Below are positions 49,501 through 60,529 of a stretch of DNA of 64,000 nt, piece by piece. Numbering within the stretch: position 1 is the first letter of the stretch; every line of letters starts with the position of its first letter. The notes under the pieces were generated by a model that had not been told where the DNA came from, made no database searches, and saw only the letters and a list, made by a program, of their open reading frames with translations. Source of the DNA: Vicugna vicugna (lineage: Eukaryota). The position numbers and the translations under genes were made by a program. The DNA is taken from the NCBI GenBank assembly GCA_013265495.1, contig MU058824.1, forward strand, positions 620,001-684,000, in the 5' to 3' direction.

Positions 49501-49769
49501 CTGAAATTACAGAAACGTTAAGGCTCTTAGAGACTTCCTCAAAATAACATCACATTTTTTTTCTTAAATTGAAGGACTAAGTCTCAATCTAATAGCTTGC
49601 TTGCATAACCAGTTCTAGGTATAAACTATTTTCTGCAGAAAATGGCTATTAAAATATTTGTTGAATGAGTGGACTCTGTTATTTACTTTATTTCTCCAGA
49701 GAATAACTGAGACCTTTGTGAAACTTTTATCTAGATACGTTATTTTTTCCTCCATAAATCTCTTTTCTG

Positions 49770-50530
49770 TATCTAACCATCATCCATCTAATAATGCGAA
49801 AGAGAAACCTGGGCGTTATCCTGGAGTCCTCCCTGCCCTTCCCATATCCTTTCAATTCTCGACACTTGCTGACTTAAACATCCTAAATGTGTGTTGGTTG
49901 ACTCTTCTCTCTCTCCATCCCTCTGGCACTATCTCACTGAGGTCCTCACATTCCTCTCTGGGCTTTTACAACAGTATCCTAGGGGTTTTCTCTGCCTCAG
50001 TTAATGTCCTCCTCTGATTTACTTTCAGAGTGATATATATAAAATCCAAATTTGATCAGGTAATTTCCTTTCATTGGCTCTCCATCATTCATAAAAAAAA
50101 AGGAGCCAAGCTCCTTGGTATAAAATCTAAGGCCTCCCCTGATCTGGCTTTTTTCTTTTTATGAGCTTCTCAGGTTTATTTCCTACACCCTGCTCCCTGC
50201 CTAGCACTGCACACTGCAGCAGGAGTCTCGGCCTCAGCACTGTGGACATTTGGGGCCCGATTATTCTTTCTTGGGGGGCAGGGACGGTCCTGTGCCATTG
50301 TAAGATGTTTAGCAGCATCCCTGGTTTCTACCCACTAGATGCCAGTGGTACTCTCTTCTCCCAGTTATGACAGCCAAAAACAACTCCAGACATTGCTAAA
50401 TGTCCCCTGGGGGACAAAAGTGCCCCCTGGTTGATAAATAGGAGTTGGATAATGAATCACAAACTCTTCGCACACACTGAGCCATGTAGTACCTCTACTC
50501 CTTTGCTTTTCTTGTTATTTGTTCCTGGAA
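49770..50530 (+). mobile_element. L2 fragment interrupted by MER20
   Basis: 'gaaacctgggcgttatcctgga', 'caacagtatcctagg', 'aaatccaaatttgatcagg'. Confidence 0.65.
50217..50441 (+). mobile_element. MER20 (hAT-Charlie)
   Basis: 'gatgtttagcagcatccctgg...tacccactagatgccag...ctccagacattgctaaatgtcccctggggg'. Confidence 0.9.
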
Positions 50531-51204
50531 AGCCTTTCTCCTTCTTTGCCTAACGTAGGGAGAGAGGAAACGATTCTGTCCTTCTGCCCTCTCCCTTCTG
50601 TGTTTCCTCTGAAGAGGAAGGACTAGAGATCTGATTAGTCAGATTCCAGGACACACAGGACACACACAGATGAGAGCATTTCTTTGAAAAGACCACATAT
50701 GGGTCTAACACACTCTTCAGTTTTTTTTAAAAAAAAATTTAACCAATTAATGCACAAATGCATGCTTATAAAAATTCAAACAATATAGAACATAGAATTA
50801 AAAGTGAAAGCTTTCCAGGGTCAAAGCAATCTAATTTAAAAAAAAATTTGATACTTACTGCTCCACAACTACCACCAGCAGATCCCACCATTTGTGTCTG
50901 TGGCCCCCTCAGGGTTCTAGGACTGTGTATAGAAGACTGAGGCTAGGTTGGCTCACCAAAACACAGAAAACTGTTCACTTCATGATGCTGGCTAGGGTTA
51001 TTGGAGCAGGTGATTCACATTTCGGGTCTGCCTAGCTCAAAGAAAGACATTTCAGCAAAGTTTCTATGGGCCGCATGCTTCTTCTGTCCCTTTTCCAAAT
51101 CCCTTCCATCCCCGTAAAAATCCACAAATCATAACAGTCAGAGCCATTATCAAGAGAGACTGTTGACATTTTGATTGCACAATGTTACAAACATCAGTCC
51201 ATAG

Positions 51205-51335
51205 ACAGCCCCAGATATTCTGCTTCACCTGATCAGGGGTGACCCGTGGGATCTGTTTTTGTTTGTTTTTTTTTAAACCAGCTCCCCACCCCCAGACGAG
51301 TCTGATGTGCAGCCTGGTATGGAAGCCAGTGACTG
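51205..51335 (+). mobile_element. MER5-type fragment
   Basis: 'ccccagatattctg...agctcccc...tctgatgtgcagcc'. Confidence 0.55.
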
Positions 51336-51879
51336 GCGAACTACAAATTAAAATGGGAAAAGATACATCCAGGTACCCAACATTTTGACAGCTGAGTATG
51401 CCACTTCACGCTCATACAGATTCAGCATGGAGTACTATCCACACTTAAAAAATCCTAAGTTACGTAAATCCTTATAGCAGATGGAAGAAAAGATGTCTCT
51501 AAATGCTTCTGTCCTAAATACTAAGCAGGGCTTAAAAACAAACTAGGTAAAGAGGAAATACCTGCAAAGTCTCTTAAGATAACAAAAACATGCCTGATGG
51601 TGGGGAAATGTAGCTGTTTTCATAAAGGTTTCCAGCTACGGGAACAAAGGGTGAAAGAAATCCTTTCCATACCAGTTTAATTCTAGAGACCCCATCCTTT
51701 AAACAGGAAACTTAAAATAACCCTTTCCCCTAATTCCGTTGATTATTATTCTCTGTAAGCCTTCGTCAACACTTCGGATCCCAAGGGAGGTCACTCAGCA
51801 TGGTGGGGGTGAGGTGTTCCTCGTAGTAGAAATGAAGATGAGAGAGTGAACTGGAAAAACGCTTTAAAAACTCTAATTG

Positions 51880-52075
51880 AGACAAACCTGACTACAAAAT
51901 TATATCTGTGCTATGATTACAACTGTAAAAATTCTGTCTGCATATGGACAGGGACTGAAAGGGAGCATGAAAAAAAATGTAAACAGTTTGGTTTGTAGGA
52001 TGGCAGAATTTTGGGTGGATTTTTCTTTCTTTTATTTTGAGTTTTGTCAATGTTTTTGTAATGTTTTGCAGTAAA
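51880..52075 (+). mobile_element. L1ME-type 3' terminus
   Basis: 'tacaaaattatatctgtgctatgattacaactgtaaaa...gactgaaaggg'. Confidence 0.55.
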
Positions 52076-52439
52076 CAATACTATAAAAGAAGCAGCTGAA
52101 CCTGCTGACTAATTATTGTTAGAAAGAGCAGCTTAGCATCAACTCTGTCAGAGCTAAAATTGCTGCTTTTGGCAGATGCTCTCCAACATTTAAGTTGATA
52201 ATATCAGATAACCTTCACCAAGAAGTCAACTCCTTCTGGTCCAAAGGAGTATTTAAAAATTTTTTTACTTATTTCATTTTTTTGCAGCTAACTCATTCTG
52301 ACAGGCATACCAGGTATTGGTTCAAGGGGGCCATAAGGAGGATGTTTCATTTTGTTGTTTTATTTTATTTTTTAAAATAGTCAAAATGGTTGACTGGTTA
52401 TACCTGTCCTAAGAAAGGTCTTGGACCAGATCATCTGCA

Positions 52440-52670
52440 ATATAGTGAAAAACTCAGGGTCCTTAAAAGAGTGTTTGTCTAAGTGTGTGAGTGGATTCAA
52501 ACTCCATTTTGAGGGAAATGCTGGTGTCACCTGCAGGAACCCCTGCAGCTTATCTTTGAGCAGAAATGGAATGGCAAGAATACAAGTCAGATCCTTAAAA
52601 AATTGACAACAGAACGTCAGCCTCACTTCTGGCACATCTGGTGTTGAAAGCACATGGATAATCAACATAA
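52440..52670 (+). mobile_element. CR1/L3 RT N-terminal fragment
   Basis: Frame-shifted LRE.AGVT / EPLQLIFEQKW ... DP ... VSLTS, resembling CR1 LKELADVIAEPLSIIFEKSW...DPGNYRPVSLTS. Confidence 0.5.
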
Positions 52671-53724
52671 AAGACATTGGCACTTCGGGCACTCGTCAGC
52701 GAATCCAGTCCTGAAGTGCCTTGTAACTGTGCACTTGCCAAAGGCTCACCTAAGACACATAATATTGGAGAGAGATGATTTAATGAACTGGCGAGCTCTC
52801 CATTCCTCTTCTAGGAATTCTAATCTCTGTTCTTGTGATTTGTTGTGGTATCAGGAAGCAACATATCTGGGCTGGAATACCTACCTCTGTTCCAGATAGA
52901 AATGCTCCCACCGAGTTAAAAATTTAGTGTTATGCTCTGAACCTTTATGAGATTCAATTTAAGAATTGTCCATTGGAACAATGCTTTTGTATTTTTTTTT
53001 CAAATATCATTGCTGAGGATGTTGTGCCTTATGTTACCTAAAATCCATTGTTTAAAAAAATTACACAATAAATTCCTTCCGGACTTAGGACATCAGCTTT
53101 TCTTTGCTGGTGACACAAGTTGGAAACCAAGTGTTTCTCTTCTGTGCCTTAGGTACCGGGAAACTCAAGCTTTATCCTCAGCCCTCCTCCGCTGGCAGTT
53201 TCCTACAGATCGGAGGAAGTGATGAGCTCAGACAGCAGAGTCGGCCCAAGAGGGAGGATACTATTTGGTGCCCATTCAGTTGCTGTGTGTGTTACGGCTT
53301 AGGTAGGTACAACCCTTCCAACTTTAATGATCTCATTAGATATTTTTTCCTCCAAGAATTTGTTGTTCCTGAAGTGCTAGAATTTCATAAAGGAAGAAAT
53401 GCACTTCATTTTCTATAAATATTGAAATTAATTACTCATCATTACAATTATTCATTAAAATTCAAAATTAGATGAGAATGTTCTTCATAGATTTTTTTTT
53501 AGCCTTGAAGAGATCCATTTTATTATAGCATCTACAGCTTTGCTATTTAAGGAAATCATGACATAAGGTTCATAATTGAATTAAGCCAATACCTTTGCCC
53601 AAATTCTAAGATGAAATTAATAAAAGATGATGGGTAAAACTATGGTGTCTTATTAGGAAAAGTGTAGGCAGTTGAGTAGAACTGTTTTTGTAGATCTTAC
53701 CCCAGTGTATCTAGCTGGGAACAT

Positions 53725-54610
53725 ACTCGTTCGCTCATTCCATCTTTCAGTCATTCAACATGTGAGTCCAATATGTTCCAGGGGCCATTTTAGGTGACAG
53801 GGATACATCAGTAAACAGAACAGACAGAACTCCCTGCCTTTACAGAATTTGCATTCTAATGGAGGTGGGGGAAAGAGTCAATAATAAACATATAAAAATA
53901 TATGGTGTAACGGTTGGTATTAAGTGCTATGGAGAAAAGTCAAGAGGATAAGAGAGAGCTAGGGTGCACTGGGTGTGGGGGTGGAATTTGCTATTTTAAA
54001 TAGTGTGGCCAGGTGGCATCTGAGCATAGATCGGAAGAAGAGAGCTATGTGAGTCTCTCCGGGAAGAGTTTCCATGCAGAGGGAACAGTTTGTACAAAAA
54101 CCCCAAAGCAGGTGTGTGCTTGGTGTGTTTGAGGCAAGCAAGGAGACAGATGTGGCAGGAATGGAGGATGGGAAGAAAGTGGTGGAAGGCTGTGGAGGGT
54201 CGAGGGAGCCAGATCCCATAGGCCATTTTAAAGGCTTTTAAAAAATAAGACGGGGAACAACTGGAGGGTTTTGAGCAGAGGAATAACATGATCTGGCATG
54301 ATTTAAAAGCATCATCTGGTTGTATTGTGGAGAATAGATCTCAGTGCGGAGATGTGGAAAAGTGAAGTAGGAAACCTAGCTGGGAAATGATGGTCATCTG
54401 GACTCAGGTTGTAGAGGCGAAAGTGGGGAGAAATGGTCAGATTCTGATTGTACTTTGAAGGTAGAGCCACTAGGATTGCTGACTGTTAGAGTAGGAGATA
54501 TGGAAGAGATACATTTTTGGTCTGAGTTAGTGCTTTAAGAAATGTAAAGGCTGGAGTTGCCAGAATTAAGGTTGAGATGTCCAAGTGGTAATGTCCAGTA
54601 GGTAGTTTAA
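53725..54610 (-). mobile_element. L2a fragment including the 3' end
   Basis: 'cattcaaca', 'ttccatgcagagggaacag', 'gaggcaagcaaggag', 'ggagggttttgagcagagg', 'tttgaaggtagagcc'. Confidence 0.85.
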
Positions 54611-54769
54611 TAATATAAACATTAACTAAAACTTAATGTTACACTTAATAGAGATTTAATATACACATATATTATATATAAGTAATATATTATTAATAGT
54701 ATTAAATTTTAATATATTTGTGATATTACATTTAAGAGAGACGCTAACCTGTTAAACATATTTTAAAGA

Positions 54770-55155
54770 GGACAACTAAGATGGCAAGCACAGAGAAGCA
54801 TGTTAGGTAAGCAGCAGTTGAAGGAAATGGAGATGTTTAGCATGAAGAAAAGAAGTCCTAGTGTAGATGTGTCTCTACATGCTGGAAGGTCTACCACAAA
54901 AAGGGACAGCAAATGAATTTTACCTGTCATTCTCTGGGATGGATAGAAATCACAGGAAGCCCAGTTTCAGGTCAGTGTGAGATTATACACATGAACACAC
55001 ATTTTTATGAGTAGAATTTCTCTGTTCTGCAGCAGGACAGATTCTCTTCTGAAGTATTGGATCCCTTATTGCTGGAAGTACTTGGAGAGTTGCTGGGGAT
55101 ACTGTAGAGGGAACTAGACAGAAGGTTAGAGTATAAAGCCGCTAACGTTCATTTC
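54770..55155 (+). mobile_element. L3/CR1 3' region
   Basis: 'ttgaaggaaatggagatgtttagcatgaagaaaagaag' (LKELGMFSLEKRR-like), 'cccttattgctggaagta'. Confidence 0.65.
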
Positions 55156-55691
55156 TTTTTATTTCTCTGTGTTTTTCCTAAGGACCACAGCACTCTATGT
55201 ACCAATACACCATCATGAATATTCTTTCTTATATTGTGTTATAAGATTTTTTTTTCACGGGTCTGTGGCTTCCTCCCAGATTAGACTGTAAACCTCTTGA
55301 GGACTGGAACATGTTTTTATCCTCTTTGTATTCCCTGATGCACTTGGTACAAGATTTTGTGTATAACAGGTACTCAGGAAAATACTTACTGGTTGAGTAA
55401 TTTTGCTTCCAACCCATCCGTATCCAAAATGTAAACACTTCTGAAATGGGGAGTTCTTACCCAGCCTAACACGTTAATGAGGCTAAATTGAGAGGACCAG
55501 TTTCATCCTTGAAATTCTAAAGGTCTGGAGTGGAAGAAAATTGCCAAATGAGGAAAAGAAAATTTACTTGCATCATACCTTTGTCTATGGCTGATTCTGC
55601 TTGTGTACAAAGTCTACCTAAAATGTCACATATTGTGGTATTGGAGTAGGAAGAATACACATTAGAGTACAAAGTATCTGAATGAATATTA

Positions 55692-56825
55692 ATCAGTGTT
55701 TTGTAGTTTTTCACATATAAGTCTTTCACTTCTTTGGTCAGATTTATTCCTAAGTATTTTATTGTTTTGGATGTGATTTTAAAAGGGATTGTTTCTTTAC
55801 TTTTTTTCCCCCTAATATTTCATTGTTAGTGTAAAGAAATGCAACTGATATCTGTATGTCAATCTTGTATCCTGCTACCTTGCTGAATTCTTTTATCAGC
55901 TCTAGTAGTTTTTATGTGGAGTCTTTAGGGTTTTCTATATATAGTATCATGTCATCTGCATATAGTGACAATTTTACCTCTTTTCTTCCAATTTGGATCC
56001 CTTTTAGTTCTTTTATTGTCTGATTGCTATGGCTAGGACTTCCAGGACTATGTTATAGAAGTGGTGAATGTGGGCATCCTTGTCTTGTTCTGGATTTTAG
56101 TAGGAAGACTTTCAACTTTTCACAATTGAGTATTATGCTGGTTGTGTGTTTGTCATAAATAGTTTTTTATTATGTTGAGATATGTTCCCTCTCTACCCTC
56201 TTTGGTAAGAGTTTCTTTAAATCATAATTGGGTGTTGAATTTTATCAAATGCTTTTTCTGCATCTATTAAGATGATCATGTAATTTTTGTCCTCTCTTTT
56301 GTTGGTGTAGTGTATCATGTTGATTGATTTGCATATGTTGGACTATCCTTGTGTCCCTGGGATGAAGCCAACTTGGTCATAGTGTATGATCGTTTTTATG
56401 TGTTGTTGGATTCTGTTTGCTAATATTTTGTTGAAGATTTTTGCACCTATGTTCATCAATGATATTGACCTGTAGTTTTCTGTTTTGGTAGTGTCTTTGT
56501 CTGGTTTTGGTATCAGGGTGGTGGTGGCTTCATAGAATGAGTTTGGGAGTATTCCCTCCTCTTCAATCTTTTGGAAGAGTTTGAGAAGGATAAGTATGAG
56601 CTCTTCTTTGTATGTTTGTCGGAATTCCCCAGTGAAGCTGTCTGGTCCTGGACTTTTGTTTGCAGGGAGTTTTTTAAATTGCTGATTCTATTTCACTTCT
56701 AGTGATCAGTCTGTTCAAATGATCTGTTGCTTCTTGATTCAGTTTTGGTGGACTGTATGTTTCTAGAAACTTGTCTGTTGTTTCTTCTAGGTTGTCCAAT
56801 TTGTTGTCATATAGTTGTTCAGTAG
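55692..56825 (-). mobile_element. Relatively young L1 ORF2 (RT) internal fragment
   Basis: Well-preserved antisense 'gaattttatcaaatgctttttctgcatcta', 'gtctggttttggtatcagggtg', 'catagaatgagtttgggagtattccctcc'. Confidence 0.93.
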
Positions 56826-56938
56826 TGAGAAAATCTTATTAATTCATGTCTATTTTATACTTCACAGAAAACTAGTAGCAGAGGTTCAATGAGTTCCTTG
56901 CTGTAGAAAGTGTTAGTGGATTAATAATCACTTTCAAC

Positions 56939-57560
56939 CCATCCATCCATCCATCCATCCAATGAACATTTATTGAACACATACTATGGACTGAACTGTG
57001 AGGGATTCAATGAGGGCATATGATCTTGAGGAGCTCAGAGCTGAGTAGCAGAACTGATCTAACATTATGGTACACTGTGTTAAATACTGTGCCCTGGAAA
57101 AACAAAGTTCCATGAGATCAGAGAGGAAAGAGTAGCTGACTTCTTGGGGAAGTTAGGAAATTCTTCATGGGGAAAATGCCATTTGAACTGTCAAGGCTTT
57201 TTCATGACTCTCTACCCCCACAACCCAAGGCAGTATATCTCTCTCTGCTGTTTTCCTGTGGCACTTGTTACCTGCTTCTAACTACAGCAGTGCCCTGTTT
57301 ATTGTAATTATCTGTTTACTGTCTACCTTGTCTGCTTGACCAGCATCCTTCAATGGCAAAGACTGTGTCTCATCTTCTCTCTCCCTACTCAGTGTCCAAC
57401 ATAGGTCAAAAGATGTTGGTTAACACACTCACAATAAGTGAATCTTGAGGAATAAGTTGAAATTTACCAGGTCCAAGAGGAAGTGAAGGGCATTCAATAT
57501 AGAGGCATGAAACTATGAGAAGTTATGGAGGCATCTAAGGGTGTAGTGTGTTAGGAAAGT
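56939..57560. mobile_element. (TCCA)n plus interleaved L2 fragments in both orientations
   Basis: 'ccatccatcc...aacatttattgaacacatactatg' (-) and 'ccttcaatggcaaagactgtgtc' (+). Confidence 0.6.
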
Positions 57561-58009
57561 AGTAGGTGTGTTTGGAAGACTGACACTGAGGGAACATTCA
57601 GGAAAAGAATGGGAGACAACAACTGAGGAATGAAGCAGGACATTCTGATGGATCCACTGGAAGTGAAATGACTCAGCCAGGACATAAACGCATTTTAAAA
57701 ACCATCAAGCAATATATGCAGCAGCTGTTCCTGACCCCAATGCCAGCCTCAGGACTCTGGCCTCACTCCATCTTGAGCCTCACGCATACATTTTGTGATT
57801 ATATTCACTTTCTTCTGAGGGTTTGCAAAGCAAATTTTGCATTTTAGTTGTAGGTTTAACTACATTCTATTTATATCTTTCTTATTTCTTGGACAGAGAA
57901 GTATCCTTTGTTCCTATTGAAATGACGTCTTTTCATCTACTTTCTAAATTATTTCTTGAGAAATTAAAGATTTTTTTTCAGTTATTCCCTGTTCCTAGGG
58001 TCTGGCTTC

Positions 58010-59290
58010 ATCACTATCTACCCAGTTTCCCAAGCCAGAAATCTGGACTGTATCATAACCTCTGCTTTTCCCAAATTGCTCTCTTGCAATCAGTACTAAG
58101 TCTTTCTATTCTAATGTCCAGATGTATCTTGACTTTGTTCTGTTCTCTTTATTCACATGGCTTAAGTTCAGGCCACTTTTATCTCTCATTGGATTATTGC
58201 AGCAACCTCCTAACTGGTCTCCCTACCTCTCCTTTTCTGTTTTTCTTTCTTTCTTTCTATCTATCTATCTATCTATCTATCTATCATCTACGTGATTGTA
58301 GATACATAGATGTACTCACATACACTTATCTACTGATCTATATCAATGCAAACCCTAGCCACTGCAGATACATTTCTTTTTTTATTTTAAAATTTAAAAA
58401 CTGTGGTAAAATATACATAACACAAGATTTACCTTTGTAACCATTTTTAGGTACGCAGTTCAGTGGCATTAAATACATTCACATTGATGTAGTACCTTCA
58501 GCACCATCCATCGCCAGAAGTTTTTCATCATCGTAATCTGAAATTCTAAAACCATTAAACACAAACTGCCTGTTTTCCTCTCCCCCCAGCCCCTGGCAAC
58601 CACCATTCTGCTTTCTGACTCTATGAATTTGACTACTCTAGATACCTCATTTAAGTGGTATCATACAGTATTTGTCCTTAACATGACTGGCTTATTTCTT
58701 AGCATCATTTCCTCAAGGTTCACCCCTGTTGCAGCATGTGTCAATGTTTCTGTTCCTTTTACGACTGAATACTATTCCACAGTATGTATATACTACACCT
58801 TGCTTATCCATTTTTCCTTGATAATTACAATATTTATTAAATATTTTAACTCTTAGAACTTTACTGTAACTTGTCCCCATTACTCTCAGGATAAAGCTAA
58901 AAGACTTGACTGTGGTTCACAGGGCTGCCACCTAATACTGCAGCTTTCATTCTGTTTATGTCCCCTTACATGCTCCACTTCATTCTGGCAACCTGGCCTT
59001 GTGCCATCTCTTCCACATGTGGATCTTTGTCCTAAGTTCTTCCTCAACTTACAGTGCCATTTTTAAGGATAACTGTAGCTTGGACTTCAGGACTCAGCTC
59101 AAGATATCGCCTCCTCCAGGAAGCTTTCCTCTTCTCATCCAGGAGGGGTCAGGTATCCCCTTTTTTGTGCTTCTGGAATCCTCTGAAGTTCTCTCTACCA
59201 ATACACTTGTCACACTTAGAGAAAAGATGATGTCTTGTTTCCCACTTCATTCCTGGAGTCTAGCATATTTTGAGTGCTCAGTTTATGGAG
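58010..59290 (+). mobile_element. L2 interrupted by a (TTTC)(TATC)n repeat and an L1
   Basis: 'ggattattgcagcaacctcctaactggtctccct', 'cctcctccaggaagctttcc'. Confidence 0.65.
58375..58815 (-). mobile_element. L1MB 3' end
   Basis: 'tgtggtaaaatatacataaca', 'cccccagcccctggcaaccaccattctgctttctg', 'gaatttgactactctagatacctcat'. Confidence 0.9.
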
Positions 59291-59879
59291 TGGGCAAGTA
59301 TCTGGAGTCCTGGAGGAGACAGGCACTGAGGCAGTGGCCTGTGTCAGTGACTGACTCAAGCGACCAAATGTGAGGGGTAACCCCAGCAGCCTGCTGAGCA
59401 CCAGCTCTCTCCATGCCCACGGAGCTGGGGGACCAGCGCTGGGGCATGTGGAGGATGACTGGGATGTGTGGGGAGGCATGTTCCCAGCCCTCAGCTGTTA
59501 AACCTGCAGGTGTTTTGGTACTTTCAGCACATTTTAATCTTTTGCTCTTTTGGTAAATGTGCTTACACCCTTCCTGCCTCCATTCTCCACCAATTCTCCT
59601 CACTCTCCTCCCCCTACTCTGAACTTGGAGATAAATGCATTATGTTTAGGTCACTTAAACAAAAATGAGACTTTATTCTGTGAAGTAAGTGTTTAGTTTG
59701 TAAAAGGATCAATGGGCTATTTTGGATCAAATAACTGTGTTTTCATTCGCCATTTAAAATAGTCTATTTTCATTTTTTTAAGCCATGTGAAAGGACCTAA
59801 GAATATCCCCAACTTAGTGTTAGATCCCATAATTACATTTTCCCATTTTGAAAGCAGTTATGCAGTCCTTACAATAGAG

Positions 59880-60240
59880 TCAACGCCGCTAAAAATAAAC
59901 TCCAGGCAGTTCATATTAACTGGGTAATAATAACAGGCAACAAGGAGGCTCGGTGTCCAAATATGATGAAAACAGGAAGTTCATTACACAAGCTGTTCTT
60001 TCCTGATAGATCTGAATTCTTAAAGCCTTAACTCAAAAATAATCCCTTCAGGTTATAAATAAAAGCAGAGAATTGTCTCTTACTCGTAGCTCAATGGAGA
60101 TGATAACATTGTAGCTAAATAAATCCACATAGTCATGGATAGACTATAACTCCAGAACGCCTGTTCGGAGGAGGAAGGAAGTAGTTTGGAGACCCCTCTC
60201 CTGGCAGACAGGCTGCTGTATATATTGCCCCGGGGGTTTA
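59880..60240. promoter_or_regulatory. Candidate enhancer/promoter motif cluster
   Basis: MEF2 consensus CTAAAAATAA (59889-59898) and TTATAAATAA (60053-60062), CArG-like CCAAATATGA (59957-59966), ETS ACAGGAAGT (59972-59980), in apparently repeat-free DNA. Confidence 0.3.
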
Positions 60241-60252
60241 CTGTTTTCTTAC

Positions 60253-60347
60253 CTGGGGCACAAGTTGCAAAGGAGATACTGCTTTACTTCGGTAAGATGG
60301 CAGGAAGGCAGAAAGGCTTCAGGTGTGGAAAGTATTTCTGTTTTTCC
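60253..60347 (-). other. Candidate 95-nt exon (unverified)
   Basis: tccattttctccccag|G...CCCCAG|gtaaga; one open frame GKTEILSTPEAFLPSCHLTEVKQYLLCNLCP. Confidence 0.22.
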
Positions 60348-60490
60348 CTGGGGAGAAAATGGATGACCAGAACATCCCCAGCTGTCTTTCAAGTATTATA
60401 AATTTCAGTCCTGGTTTTTCAGGGTGAGGCGGGAATGAGGCCCAAAGGAAGAGCATAAACCCCCTTCCTTACAGAACTCCTTTTCTCTAG

Positions 60491-60529
60491 TGTCGCTGCA
60501 AAGATTCAGATTTTCATGATTAAAACAAG
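60491..60529 (+). other. Candidate 39-nt exon (unverified)
   Basis: ccttttctctag|TGTCGC...AAACAAG|gtgagt; open frame VAAKIQIFMIKT. Confidence 0.28.

Noticed and set aside
50859..50922. Minus-strand exon candidate ending in a gtaagt donor
   Set aside because: Modest acceptor and unrecognised peptide; I could not build a supported gene model from it.
53219..53372. C-box GTGATGA suggesting a C/D snoRNA
   Set aside because: The nearest CTGA is about 150 nt away and there is no terminal stem.
57823..58440. Longest ORF in the window (205 aa)
   Set aside because: It has a non-ATG start, runs through L2, a (TATC)n repeat and an L1 tail, and has low-complexity composition.
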